A stretch of 64,000 bases of DNA from Mobula hypostoma. Its lineage: Eukaryota. Where the stretch lies: positions 54,624,001-54,688,000 of the forward strand of contig NC_086108.1 in the NCBI RefSeq assembly GCF_963921235.1, written 5' to 3'. The notes beneath the pieces were generated by a model. The model was not told the DNA's origin, searched no databases, and saw only the letters and a program-made list of their open reading frames with translations. Shown one piece after another: positions 1-11,809 of the stretch; position 1 is the first letter of the stretch, and each line of letters begins with the position of its first letter. The translations under genes were made by a program, and so were the position numbers.

Positions 1-2700
1 CTCCAGCCTCGCCTCGCCTCGCCTCAAGTCTCCAGCCTCCAGCCTCGCCTCGCCTCCAGCCTCGCCTCAAGTCTCCAGCCTCCAGCCTCGCCTCGCCTCA
101 AGTCTCCAGCCTCCAGCCTCACCTCGCCTCAAGTCTCCAGCCTCCAGCCTCGCCTCAAGCCTCCAGCCTCGCCTCGCCTCAAGTCTCCAGCCTCGCCTCG
201 CCTCAAGTCTCCAGCCTCCAGCCTCGCCTCGCCTCAAGCCTCCAGCCTCGCCTCGCCTCAAGTCTCCAGCCTCCAGCTTCGCCTCGCCTCAAGTCTCCAG
301 CCTCGCCTCGCCTCAAGTCTCCAGCCTCGCCTCGCCTCAAGTCTCCAGCCTCCAGCCTCGCCTCGCCTCAAGTCTCCAGCCTCCAGCCTCGCCTCGCCTC
401 AAGTCTCCAGCCTCCAGCCTCGCCTCGCCTCAAGCCTCCAGCCTCGCCTCGCCTCAAGTCTCCAGCCTCGCCTCGCCTCAAGTCTCCAGCCTCGCCTCGC
501 CTCAAGTCTCCAGCCTCCAGCCTCGCCTCGCCTCGCCTCAAGTCTCCAGCCTCCAGCCTCGCCTCGCCTCCAGCCTCGCCTCAAGTCTCCAGCCTCCAGC
601 CTCGCCTCGCCTCAAGTCTCCAGCCTCCAGCCTCACCTCGCCTCAAGTCTCCAGCCTCCAGCCTCGCCTCAAGCCTCCAGCCTCGCCTCGCCTCAAGTCT
701 CCAGCCTCCAGCCTCGCCTCGCCTCAAGCCTCCAGCCTCGCCTCGCCTCAAGTCTCCAGCCTCCAGCTTCGCCTCGCCTCAAGTCTCCAGCCTCGCCTCG
801 CCTCAAGTCTCCAGCCTCGCCTCGCCTCAAGTCTCCAGCCTCCAGCCTCGCCTCGCCTCGCCTCAAGTCTCCAGCCTCCAGCCTCGCCTCATGTCTCCAG
901 CCTCCAGCCTCGCCTCGTCTCCAGCCTCCAGCCTCGCCTCGCCTCAAGTCTCCAGCCTCCAGCCTCGCCTCGCCTCAAGTCTCCAGCCTCCAGCCTCGCC
1001 TCGCCTCAAGTCTCCAGCCTCCAGCCTCGCCTCATCTCCAGCCTCCAGCCTCGCCTCGCCTCAAGCCTCCAGCCTCCAGCCTCGCCTCGCCTCGCCTCAA
1101 GTCTCCAGCCTCCAGCCTCGCCTCGCCTCAAGTCTCCAGCCTCCAGCCTCGCCTCGCCTCGCCTCAAGTCTCCAGCCTCCAGCCTCGCCTCGCCTCAAGT
1201 CTCCAGCCTCCAGCCTCGCCTCAAGTCTCCAGCCTCCAGCCTCGCCTCAAGTCTCCAGCCTCCAGCCTCGCCTCGCCTCGCCTCAAGTCTCCAGCCTCCA
1301 GCCTCGCCTCAAGTCTCCAGCCTCCAGCCTCGCCTCAAGTCTCCAGCCTCCAGCCTCGCCTCGCCTCGCCTCAAGTCTCCAGCCTCCAGCCTCGCCTCGC
1401 CTCGCCTCAAGTCTCCAGCCTCCAGCCTCGCCTCAAGTCTCCAGCCTCCAGCCTCGCCTCAAGTCTCCAGCCTCCAGCCTCGCCTCGCCTCGCCTCAAGT
1501 CTCCAGCCTCCAGCCTCGCCTCGCCTCAAGTCTCCAGCCTCCAGCCTCGCCTCAAGTCTCCAGCCTCCAGCCTCGCCTCATCTCCAGCCTCCAGCCTCGC
1601 CTCGCCTCAAGCCTCCAGCCTCCAGCCTCGCCTCGCCTCGCCTCAAGTCTCCAGCCTCCAGCCTCGCCTCGCCTCAAGTCTCCAGCCTCCAGCCTCGCCT
1701 CGCCTCGCCTCAAGTCTCCAGCCTCCAGCCTCGCCTCGCCTCAAGTCTCCAGCCTCCAGCCTCGCCTCAAGTCTCCAGCCTCCAGCCTCGCCTCAAGTCT
1801 CCAGCCTCCAGCCTCGCCTCGCCTCGCCTCAAGTCTCCAGCCTCCAGCCTCGCCTCGCCTCGCCTCAAGTCTCCAGCCTCCAGCCTCGCCTCAAGTCTCC
1901 AGCCTCCAGCCTCGCCTCAAGTCTCCAGCCTCCAGCCTCGCCTCGCCTCGCCTCAAGTCTCCAGCCTCCAGCCTCGCCTCAAGTCTCCAGCCTCCAGCCT
2001 CGCCTCAAGTCTCCAGCCTCCAGCCTCGCCTCATCTCCAGCCTCCAGCCTCGCCTCGCCTCAAGCCTCCAGCCTCCAGCCTCGCCTCGCCTCGCCTCAAG
2101 TCTCCAGCCTCCAGCCTCGCCTCGCCTCAAGTCTCCAGCCTCCAGCCTCGCCTCGCCTCAAGTCTCCAGCCTCCAGCCTCGCCTCAAGTCTCCAGCCTCC
2201 AGCCTCGCCTCGCCTCAAGTCTCCAGCCTCCAGCCTCACCTCGCCTCAAGTCTCCAGCCTCCAGCCTCGCCTCGCCTCAAGTCTCCAGCCTCCAGCCTCG
2301 CCTCGCCTCAAGTCTCCAGCCTCCAGCCTCGCCTCGCCTCAAGTCTCCAGCCTCCAGCCTCCAGCCTCGCCTCGCCTCAAGTCTCCAGCCTCCAGTCTCC
2401 AGCCTCGCCTCAAGTCTCCAGCCTCCAGTCTCCAGCCTCGCCTCAAGTCTCCAGCCTCCAGTCTCCAGCCTCGCCTCAAGTCTCCAGCCTCCAGTCTCCA
2501 GCCTCGCCTCAAGTCTCCAGCCTCCAGTCTCCAGCCTCGCCTCAAGTCTCCAGCCTCCAGTCTCCAGCCTCGCCTCAAGTCTCCAGCCTCCAGTCTCCAG
2601 CCTCGCCTCGCCTCGTCTCAAGTCTCCAGTCTCCAGCCTCGCCTCGCCTCGTCTCAAGCCTCCAGCCTCCTGCCAAGCCTTGCCTCGTCTCTTGCCTAGC
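1..2700. repeat. Complex C-rich tandem repeat built from CTCGC, CTCCAGC and CTCAAGT modules; runs off the left edge
   Basis: Continuous variable-order array of 5- and 7-mers; a regular 33-bp unit (ctcgc-ctcaagt-ctccagc-ctccagt-ctccagc) at about 2380-2600; degenerates into non-repetitive sequence at about 2670-2780. Confidence 0.97.
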
Positions 2701-3002
2701 CAAGTCTCTAGCTTCTAGCCTCTTGCCTGAAGACTCCAGCCTCGTGCTGCCTGCCTGCCAAGCCTCATCCTTGCCTAGTTCTGGGGTCCGAGCCAGAGAC
2801 AAGATCCAGGTACTGGGTCCTTGTCCAGTCTCTGGCTCGGAGTCCAAGCCCGGGCTCCCAGCTCTCTTGTTCAGTCCTGTTCCAGGTTCCTGGTTTTCCT
2901 GTCCATGTCCTTGCCATCCCCCTGTATTCTAGTCCTGTCCCTAGTACTTCAATGTCCGTGTCTTGCACTTGGGTCCACTCACAGCCACCCCACCTTATGA
3001 CA
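2700..3002 (+). mobile_element. Probable 3' end of an LTR (Gypsy-type) continuous with the satellite
   Basis: Ends ...gtcttgcacttgggtcc...ccttatgaCA at 3002, resembling the TGCA.TTGGGTCC...TGACA terminus of fish Gypsy LTRs; CR1 sequence starts right after. The 5' end is not in the window. Confidence 0.5.
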
Positions 3003-3009
3003 TGATCAG

Positions 3010-4045
3010 TGGACATTCTTCCATATTTACCCCCGTAGACATAACCCTCTCTGCTGAAGCCATTCAAGTGCTCATCTAGATAATCCTTAAATGCTGTCAG
3101 CCACCCAGAAATCCATTCCCTAGTGAAGTTCATTCAGATACTCAAGACTCTGTGGGTAAAGAAGTTCTTCTCCTACCCCTCTGAATCTCTGTCCCCTTAG
3201 AACGTAAATCTATGTTTTATCAACCTCTGACATGGGGAAAAGTTTCCTGTAGTCTCCCCACTTTATGCCCCTCATAATTTTATATACCTCAATCATGTCC
3301 CCTCTTAGCCATCTTCATTCCAGTCTTTATCTATAATGGGACTGCTCCATCCCAGGCAACATTCTAGTGAATCTCCTGCGCGCCCTCTCCAGCACGATCA
3401 CTTTCTTCCTCTACCTTGATGATCAGAAATACAAGCAGTACTCCAGCTGAGGTCTGCCTAGAAGTTATAAAGATAACATATGCTTTTGTATTCAAAGCCC
3501 TGACTAGTGAAAACCAGGATCCTGAATGCCTTCCTAACCACATTTTCTGCTCGTGTTGCCAGCTTCAACCCATTGCCCAGCCATTTCACCCTCACATCGA
3601 TCTCTCTCTCCAGCCTAACATTATGATCCACTACAAACTATTTGATCATGCATATCCAAGTCAGTTACATATATTACAAAGTTTCCTTGTGGAATACCGC
3701 TAGTCACAAAAAAAACCCTCAGCCATGACACTCTGTCTCCAATTGCCGAGTCTATTTTGAATCCAGTTTACCAATTAAACACCGGATCCAATGGGCCCAA
3801 ACGTTTGAACAAGTTTCCATATGAAATCTTGTCAAGGGGTTTACCTAAGTCCATGTAAATCACCTCAGCTGCCCCATCCTCATTTATACACTTCGTTACC
3901 TGTTCAAAGAAGTCTATTAAATTGATCAACCAGACCTGCCTCTGACACAGCCACGTTGGCTCTTTGATTAGTCTCTGTCTTTCCAAGTGATCATTAAATC
4001 TCTATCTCGGAGCTTTCTCCAACATCTTCCCTACTACGATGTTGC
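3010..4045 (-). mobile_element. Degenerate CR1 LINE ORF2 3' part
   Basis: Minus-strand peptide LINLIDFFEQVTKCINEDGAAEVIYMDLGKPLDKI (CR1 RT domain) and AFKDYLDEHL C-terminal remnant; many indels. Confidence 0.85.
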
Positions 4046-4059
4046 TACAGGCTTTTCAA

Positions 4060-4860
4060 TAGGTTTCAATAGGTACATTTAATGTCAGAGGAATGTATAC
4101 AATATACATCTTGAAATTATATTTCTTTGCAAACATCCATGAAAACAAATGAGTGCCCCAATGAATGAATGACAGTTAAATGTTAGAACCCCAAAGACCC
4201 CCAAGCTCCCCCTCTCCCACACATAAACAGCAGCAAAGCATTGACCTCCCCTCCCCCACCAGCAAAAAAGCAATAGCCCACCCCACCGAGCTCGCAAACG
4301 TGCAGCAAAGCATTAATAAAGACACAAACTTGCAGTGCCCCAAAGACTACTCATTCACGTGGTATTCGACATACCACAGGCTCTCTCTCTCTCGTCCTAA
4401 TGAGGGAAAACGAGGTGTCCCTGTTTCACAGTGAGAGGGAAGACATAACAAAACAACTCGCTGATTTATGGTGTTAAAAGTCCGTTGTGTCACTTCTTCC
4501 AATCTCTGTGCCCAAAGAACTCGGGTCTCTGGGCACACAGCCAGCAGCCAGCTTGCTGCTTTTGATCTTCCGTCTCCTTCGACACACCAGTTTTCTGTGG
4601 CAGCACTGACCTTGAGTCCACCCGGCTCTGGAGCCATGAAATCCCAGAAACTTGAAAAGCCCGCTAGTCTTCTAGGCCGTGTCCTCGGCCTATTGAATAG
4701 CGGCCAGTCGTGAGACCCTGAGAGCGGGTCCCATTTCCGCAAAGAACACATGTAACTCCAGGTCAGAGTCTTCCAAAGAACCCTGAGAAGGAAAAATAGA
4801 GATCTTAAAGATAGAAATAGAGCTGTTTCTGAAGATGCAATCAAAGGAGTTGCCACTCAG
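4060..4860 (-). mobile_element. Non-autonomous SINE-like retroposon with LINE-type 3' tail
   Basis: Minus-strand tail ...gatgtatattgtatacatt...attaaatgtacctattgaaacctattgaa resembles the tails at about 19.5, 22.5, 30.7, 40.7 and 41.1 kb; body is non-coding. Confidence 0.6.
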
Positions 4861-4879
4861 GACCTGGATTTTCACCCTA

Positions 4880-5110
4880 AGGCATTTCATTTTGCCAGAT
4901 ATTTTCTGGAATTATCTGGTGTTTAAAACCCAGAGAGGTGGAATTTCTGAAGGGTCTCAAAGAGAGCTTTTTGATGCAGTTTGTAGATAGACCAATAAGG
5001 AAAGGAACATTACTAAACCTCATGTTGGGGAATTTAGCTGGCCAAATGGAAGGAATGTCAGAACAGAACAGTTTGCTAAAAGTAATGTGATAAGTAAAGA
5101 AAGAACTAGT
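4880..5110 (+). mobile_element. CR1 endonuclease-region remnant
   Basis: Reads ...EFLKGLKESFLMQFVDRPIRKGTLLNLMLG, matching the CR1 EF..C...FL.Q.V..PTR..A.LDL.LG motif also seen at 52051-52701. Confidence 0.7.
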
Positions 5111-5149
5111 GGTTAAGAGGAGGTGTAAATGGGAATCGAAGTATTGTAG

Positions 5150-5572
5150 CAATAAAGAAACTGCAGGAGGAACTCAGCAGATCAGACAGAATCTATGGAG
5201 GCAAAGGGTCAGTAGACATTCATACTCCAGATCTCAACATTACAGTTTTTGGAGGATCACTATTTGAAATCACTACTGAGCATGCAAGACAGACATTTGC
5301 CAAATTGGAAGTAGAAAAGTTGTTCCTTAAGCTGATCGTCAGCTTCAATGTGAAAGTATAGGAGATCACAAACAGAGCTCAGGGTGGGTGTGGGATGGAG
5401 AATCAAGGTGACAAATAACTGGACATTCAGGATCATACTTGGCCACTGAATGAAGATGTGCAGCAAAGTATTATCCAGTCTGGAACAAAACACACAAAAT
5501 GCTGCAGGAACTCAGCAGGCCAGGCAGCATCTATGGAAATGAATAATCAGTTGATGTTTCGGGCCAAGACCC
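5150..5572 (-). mobile_element. Old Penelope-like terminal-repeat fragments
   Basis: aaatgctgcaggaactcagcaggc.aggcagcatctatgg...gttgatgtttcgggccaagaccc parallels the Penelope terminus at 11240-11372; truncated hammerhead. Confidence 0.65.
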
Positions 5573-6689
5573 AATCTTTATTTGATACTTCCAGTGTTGG
5601 AGAAACCATACATGTTGCAGCAGATACTTATCATGAAATTAAAAGACAAGAACATTTCTGTTTGACCTGAAAAAGAGCCCATGACTGTGTCAAAGAGAAG
5701 GAAGAAGAACAAAAAGCAGGTGTTAAATCTTCTACATGGGCACAAGAAGATGTTATTTGTGGAGAGGGAAAGTCAAAGATGATTGAGGAGTGGAGCAGGG
5801 TATAATATCTCCTTCCAAAGATACACTTTCTCAGATAACTCAGAGTCAACCGTTCAGCTCTCCGCTAATAGAAACCACTGTGTCCACAATGCCTGAACTG
5901 CTTTGAGTTAACACTAGGGAGGAGTTGATTTCTTCATAAAAGAACACCAGAGCCACTTGATTGAAAGACTATAAAATAAAACTAATAATGTTAGAGATTA
6001 TGAGCACTACCGTTAATACTGCATGTTGCACCACTTTGGGTGTTGATCAAGAAAATAATCCTTTTTGTGAATGCTATGCAGTCCAGACTGATGTTTAACA
6101 CATGCTTCCTATTCTCTGATAATGTCCCAAACCATTGTCAATCCAAGCTTTAAATCTGAAGTGATCTGAGCATAGCTGGTGTACAATCTCTTCCATCAAC
6201 TGCTCTCTGCACATTCTATTTAATGAATTAGCTTCCAGCTGGATTTCCTTTACATGAGGACGGTGAACTCGAGAAGTAAAAGCATGTTTGACCTTCAGTT
6301 TCTTATTAAATATTCATATAACCAACTACAGCAGAAATTGTCGGACATAAAATGAGGAGTAATAACATATTTTCCCACCTCTAGTTCAAGGAACCTGAAA
6401 CAAATTGTGAATAATGTTCTGATATACTACCAAAGCTTAGCTAAGGAAAAAAGATGCGTCCCAAGTTATTAGTCTCCTTCATCCCGCAGCAGATAGTTAA
6501 CCAATATAGATTTCTGAGCTGTGCTCCAGATTTTCTATCTTAGTTGCTTGACAAATGTGTGACAAGTTCTCTTTTCTGCCCTGTGTGAAAAAGTGCTGTG
6601 CAGACAAAAATGATTGTAGAATTGATTCCTGCATTGTCAGTGAGTTCTGCAACATTAGCCAGGGTGGCAATAACTATGTTGTAATTATG

Positions 6690-7800
6690 ACAGAACAGAA
6701 CAGCATAGGAACTATCCCTTCAGTCCTCGATACCTGAATCTGACTAAATGCCTCTTAAGTATTGCTAACTTAACTCCTTCCATCACTTTGTCTGCCATTC
6801 CGGGCACCCGTGTTAAACAAATCTTGCCTCATAAATCTCTTGCAAACATTCCGTCTCTCACCCTAAACTATACCATCTACTATGCAACATCTTCATCCTG
6901 TGAAAAAGACTGTCTATCTACCCTATCAATATCTCTCATAAATTTATATATTTCTGTCAGATTATCCCTCAGCCTTCAGCATTCCAGAAAAACAATTCAA
7001 GTTCATTCACCTTCTATTTATAGCTAATACATTCTGATCCAGACACACCCTGCTGAACTTCTTCAGCAGCCTCTTCAAAGGATCTATATCCATTAATGGG
7101 GCAACTGGAACTGCACAGAATACTCCAGAAACAGCCTAACCAAAATTTGATATAGCTGCAATATGACCTCCCATCTTTTATACGTAATACTTTAAATGAT
7201 GAAGGCAATAATGCTGTACACCTTTTTCATCATCCTAAACACTTATGTTGCCACATTCAAGAGTCTATGGACTTGTACCACAAGATCTTTCTGTACATCA
7301 GTGCTCCTAAGGGTCCTGACATTTACTTCATATTTTTCTCTAATATTTGTCCACCCATGTCTAGATTAAGCTCCATCTGCCATTTTTCTGCCCATATTTT
7401 CAACTAGTATATAGTTCGTTGTATCCTTTGACAACCTTCTTCACTGTCACAAATTATTGAATTGTCTGTAAACTTACCAATCAGATCATCTATATTTTTG
7501 TCCAAATCATTCATATACTGTATATCACTGACAACTGAGGTTAAAACACTGATCCCTACAGAAGCCGACTGGCTACAGACTCTGTCAGAATAACAGTCCT
7601 CCACCAGTAACTTCCATTTTCTATGGCCAAGCCAATTTTGAATCCAGTTCACCAAGTCACCAGGGATTCCATATGTCTTAATCTTCTCAATTAGCCTACC
7701 ATCAAGTGTCCTGATTAAAAGCTTTACTGAAGTTCATGTAGACAACATCCACTGCACTACCCACATCAGTTAGCTTCATCACCTCCTCAAAAATACCACT
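6690..7800 (-). mobile_element. Degenerate CR1 LINE ORF2 3' half
   Basis: VNWIQNWLGHRK..., YMNDLDKNI..LIGKFTDNS (RT FADD region) and 3' UTR remnant. Confidence 0.85.
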
Positions 7801-7819
7801 TTAGTTTTAAGACATGGTA

Positions 7820-7990
7820 ATCAGAATCAGGGTTATTACCACTGTGATATATAATGTGAAATGTGTTCTCTTGCAGCAGCAGTACGGTGACAAGATATAA
7901 ATATTATAAATTATGAAATAAATAGATATAGAGAAAAAGGAATAATGAGGTCACATTCATGGATTCAATGCCCATTTAGAAATCTGCTGA
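7820..7990 (-). mobile_element. LINE 3' end remnant (Rex1/L2-like) with (GATTCT)n tail
   Basis: aatcagaatcag tail on the plus strand followed by LINE-like 3' UTR. Confidence 0.45.
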
Positions 7991-8703
7991 CTATCATAAA
8001 TAAATCAGTGCTTTTACAGATGTGAGTAAATTCTATCTCTAAGAATCTTGGACTGAGTGATTTTGGGATAGGGACCATACTGATGTATAACATTGCTAAA
8101 TTGTTTGTTAACAGCTGCTACCAACAACTTCAAAGCTTCCTAATATAATAAAAAGCAGTATGTACAGTTTACATTTAATGGTCTGAAGCTATTTGCATGT
8201 GTACTTTAATTTTATTCATAATATTAACTTTTCAAACATGCACACAGAAAAGGCTTCCAAAATTTCATTTTAATATTTATGCCAAGAATGTCCAGATGCA
8301 GATGATTTATTTCGACATTTAGAAGAATAGCTCCTCCTGCTGGTTTTACTGACAAATAATTGTCTGATAATATGATCTTTTATGCATGAACTAGGTTTCT
8401 CCCATACGCTAGCCCAGGCAGATAATATCGACCATTTTGATCTTTTCATTTACTTGAACATCCCATTTGAGACATTGAAGGAAAAATTCAGTGCCAGATG
8501 GGTTCGTCAGTGAAGTGGAAGAGTTCTTCCCTTTTGTATAGGGAATAATCTTTTTGCCTGTAGTTACAGAAATTTGCTTTGGCATTTCATATCAGGATGA
8601 AAAGATATTGCATTCATTAAATTACACCTCTGGTAATATTCAAAGACACATGACCTGGTCTTCTACATAAACAGACCCTAATCTATTACTGACTGAAGAA
8701 ATG

Positions 8704-9238
8704 TCAGTGGCCACTTTATTAGGTATCTCCTGTACCTAATAAAGTGGCTACTGAGTTTATAGTCTTCTGCTGCTGTATTCCATCCACTTCAAGATTCAAT
8801 GTGTTGTGCCTTCAGAGATGCTCTTTAGGACACCACTGTTGTAACACGTGCCGATTTGAGTTACCGTTGCCTTCCTGTTAGTTTGAACCAGTTGGGCCGT
8901 TCTCCTCTGATCTCTCTCATTAATAAGGCATTTTTGCCAATGGAACTGCTACTCACTGGAAGTTTATTTTGAATCAGTCTCTGTAAACTCTAGAGACTGT
9001 TGTGCATGTAAATCCCAAGAAATCCCAGTTTCTGCGATACTCAAATTACCCAGTATGGAATCAACAATCATTCTATAGTTAAAGTCGATGAGATCACATT
9101 TCTCCCTCATTCTGACATTTGGTCTGAATCTCTTGACCATGTCTGCAAGTATTTATTTGTTGCCACATGATTGGCTGATTACATATTTGCATTAACGAGC
9201 AGGTGTACAGGTGCAATTGATAAGATGGCCACTGTGTG
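8704..9238 (-). mobile_element. Non-autonomous Tc1 derivative, copy 1, with terminal palindrome
   Basis: TIR cagtggccactttattaggta; TA at 9239-9240; reverse-complement similarity to 47806-48372. Confidence 0.85.
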
Positions 9239-9649
9239 TACCTATAATATAGCAGTGATAGCGCTGAATGGTAGAACTTGAGCATTAACATTTGCACTGG
9301 TGCATTTTTGATTTCTGCTGTGTCACTATGATTAGAGTAGTCCACAGAAACCAGGGAAAATCAGATAAAAATGAGGAATTGGAGGAAATTGAAAAAAAAG
9401 TCTGTTCATTCATATAGATTCATACATTGTGGGGCTGATACAAAACACTGGTTCTATATTTTCGCTAATGGAGATTATTTTAAGTAGTTAAACTCATGAA
9501 ACAGGAGCAGTTTTAAGTAGATGGACCCTAGCAGAAAAATAAGCTTGATTTTGTAATCTCAGGGATGTATTGAGCGAGCATGAGATGGTCATTTGTGTCA
9601 CTTTCTGATCTTCTTTAAGGACCAGTCTTTAAAATCTTAATCCAAATGA

Positions 9650-9990
9650 ATCCTTCAAAGAGTCGGGAAATTATGTTGCAGCTTTATAAAACTCTGGTTC
9701 TTTGGTCACATCCTAAATATTGCATTCACTTCTGGTCACCCCATTATAGGAAAGATGTCGAGGCTTTGGAGAGGGTGCTACAGAGGTTGGATTACAGGAC
9801 AAATGTTATGAGGAGCAGTTGGACAAATTTGGGTTGATTTCTCTGGAGCAGCAGCAGCTGAGGGGAAATTTAATAGAGGTTTATAAGATGATGAGAGGCA
9901 GAGATGGAGTAGATCACTACTCTATCTGGTGCAACAATGGCGCAACATTGTGGGCCAAAGGGGTTGTTCCTGTACCGTATTCTATGTTCC
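9650..9990 (+). mobile_element. Deleted CR1 3' fragment
   Basis: KSREIMLQLYKTLV..HPKYCIHFWSPHYRKDVEALERV and LRGNLIEVYKMMRG motifs. Confidence 0.85.
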
Positions 9991-11239
9991 TAAGTATTGG
10001 GTTTATTAAGTGTTTAGTTGTAGTGTAATTAAGATAAAACAATAATGTTTTTTAAGAACTTAATCCATACAAACAACTGATATTATTTACTCTACTATCT
10101 GACTTGAAGTTCAAGAATGTTCTCGTGCTCAGAGCAATAAATAAAGGCTAATTTAAGTTTAAATATGAGGCACTATCTGTCAGTCTTATTTTCTTTTTAC
10201 CTCAAATATTGTGTCTTTAAAGATACAGTCCAGCAATTAATCTAGTTGTTGTGAGGGATATTTTATAATTTTTAAAATGTATTTTGCCATGATTCTGTTC
10301 TTCATTACAATTTAAATGATCTTTTCCTCACATGCAGGAACTGATGACATTACTGGGGATGTTTTAATCCTGCGTGATGATGATGCTAGAACTAGTTGCA
10401 TCCAAGTTCCATTATTACAAAGATACTACAAAAACAGTTACATATTTCTACAAATTAGAAAGAAAATACTTTTTTATTTATAAGAAACCTTTGATGAAGC
10501 AAATCTCCTGAAGTGATTCACATTGCAAGATGAAATTGGAAGAGTGCTTGTGAAAAATATACAGTAAGGTTGGGAAATCATTGGAGGCTTTCACTGGTGG
10601 GAAATATTGAAGAATGACAGATTGGTTTCAGATTATTTATTGTGATATGATTAAAGGGATTTAACATTTACAATTCATACTGTTAGGGAGAGAGATTCAA
10701 AAAAGAGCTTTCACAGATTTTGGCTTTCTTCAGCGGTACAGTCACTATTCATTAGCAAGGGCAAATAAAACTAAGGTAGGGACAAGCGGAGCAGCCATTG
10801 TTTGAATGGACTAATATTAGAGTGGGGAAGCTTTAGCTTATCAGGTTTTGGCGAGAACAGAGAACAGGCTTGGGTGAGGTTAATATCTGGTGAGTTTCTT
10901 CTCTTCATCTGTTAGTACATAATTAGAGCAGTGAGAAGTTCGAGAGTATTGGAGGGGGGAGAAGTGAGTGCAGTTGCTATTACTAGGGAGAAGGAACTTA
11001 GGAAACTGAAAGGTCTGAAAGTAGATGGACTACACCAGAGGGTTCTGAAAAAGGTAGCTGAAAAGATTGCGGAGGCATTAGTAATGAAATTTTAACAGTA
11101 GTTTCTGGCATGGTTCCAGAGGAGTGGAATATTGCAAATGTCACTCCACTCTTCAGGAAGGGAGGGAAATGGAAGGAAATTATAGGCCAGTTAGCCTGAC
11201 TTCAGTGGTTGGGAGGATGTTGAAGTCAATTGTTAAGCA

Positions 11240-11809
11240 AACAACAGGAATTCTGCAGATGCTGGAAATTCAAGCAACACACATCAAAGTTGCTGGTGAA
11301 TGCAGCAGGCCAAGCAGCATCTATAGGAAGAGGCGCAGTCGACGTTTCAGGCCGAGACCCTTCATCAGGACTAACTGAAGGAAGAGTGAGTAAGGGATTT
11401 GAAAGCTGGAGGGGGAGGAGGAGATGCAAAATGATAGGAGAAGACAGGAGGGGGAGGGATAGAGCCGAGAGCTGGACAGGTGATAGGCAAAAGGGGATAC
11501 GAGAGGATCATGGGACAGGAGGTCTGGGAAGAAAGACAAGGTGGGGGGGAACCCAGAGGATGGGCAAGGGGTATATTCAGAGGGACAGAGGGAGAAAAAG
11601 GAGAGTGAGAGAAAGAATGTGTGCATAAAAATGGGTAACAGATGGGGTACGAGGGGGAGGTGGGGCCTTAGCGGAAGTTAGAGGAGTCGATGTTCATGCC
11701 ATCAGGTTGGAGGCTACCCAGACGGAATATAAGGTGTTGTTCCTCCAACCTGAGTGTGGCTTCATCTTTACAGTAGAGGAGGCCGTGGATAGACATGTCA
11801 GAATGGGAA
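11240..11809 (-). mobile_element. 5'-truncated Penelope-like element (end of GIY-YIG plus terminal repeat)
   Basis: Close reverse complement of 17420-17990; flanked by direct repeat tgttaagca (11231-11239 and 11810-11818). Confidence 0.95.
11337..11372 (-). ncRNA. Minimal type I hammerhead ribozyme motif
   Basis: Minus strand reads AGTC CTGATGA A GGGT CTCG GCCT GAAA C GTC GACT: CUGANGA and GAAA cores, GUC triplet, stems I and II. Confidence 0.75.

Noticed and set aside
891..2699. 602-aa Ser/Pro/Ala-rich ORF and the antisense RRGEAGG/WRLEA ORFs
   Set aside because: The repeat modules contain no plus-strand stop codons, so long ORFs are automatic; the ATG is a single variant within the satellite.
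1..2700. CRISPR-like or telomeric array
   Set aside because: No unique spacers, no cas genes and no TTAGGG; the context is eukaryotic.
5575..6760. Non-repeat-looking stretch with short open frames (e.g. EKEEEQKAGV on plus, LKVKHAFTSRVH on minus)
   Set aside because: Interrupted by stops, with no recognisable domain and no convincing splice-site pair; left unassigned.
10338..10563. Possible plus-strand exon (tgcag|...ACA|gtaagg)
   Set aside because: Stops in all three frames; only a non-coding exon is possible and nothing else supports it.
11124..11628. Clusters of overlapping short ORFs here and at 15291-15703 and 17547-18046
   Set aside because: They are recurring translations of the non-coding Penelope terminal repeat.
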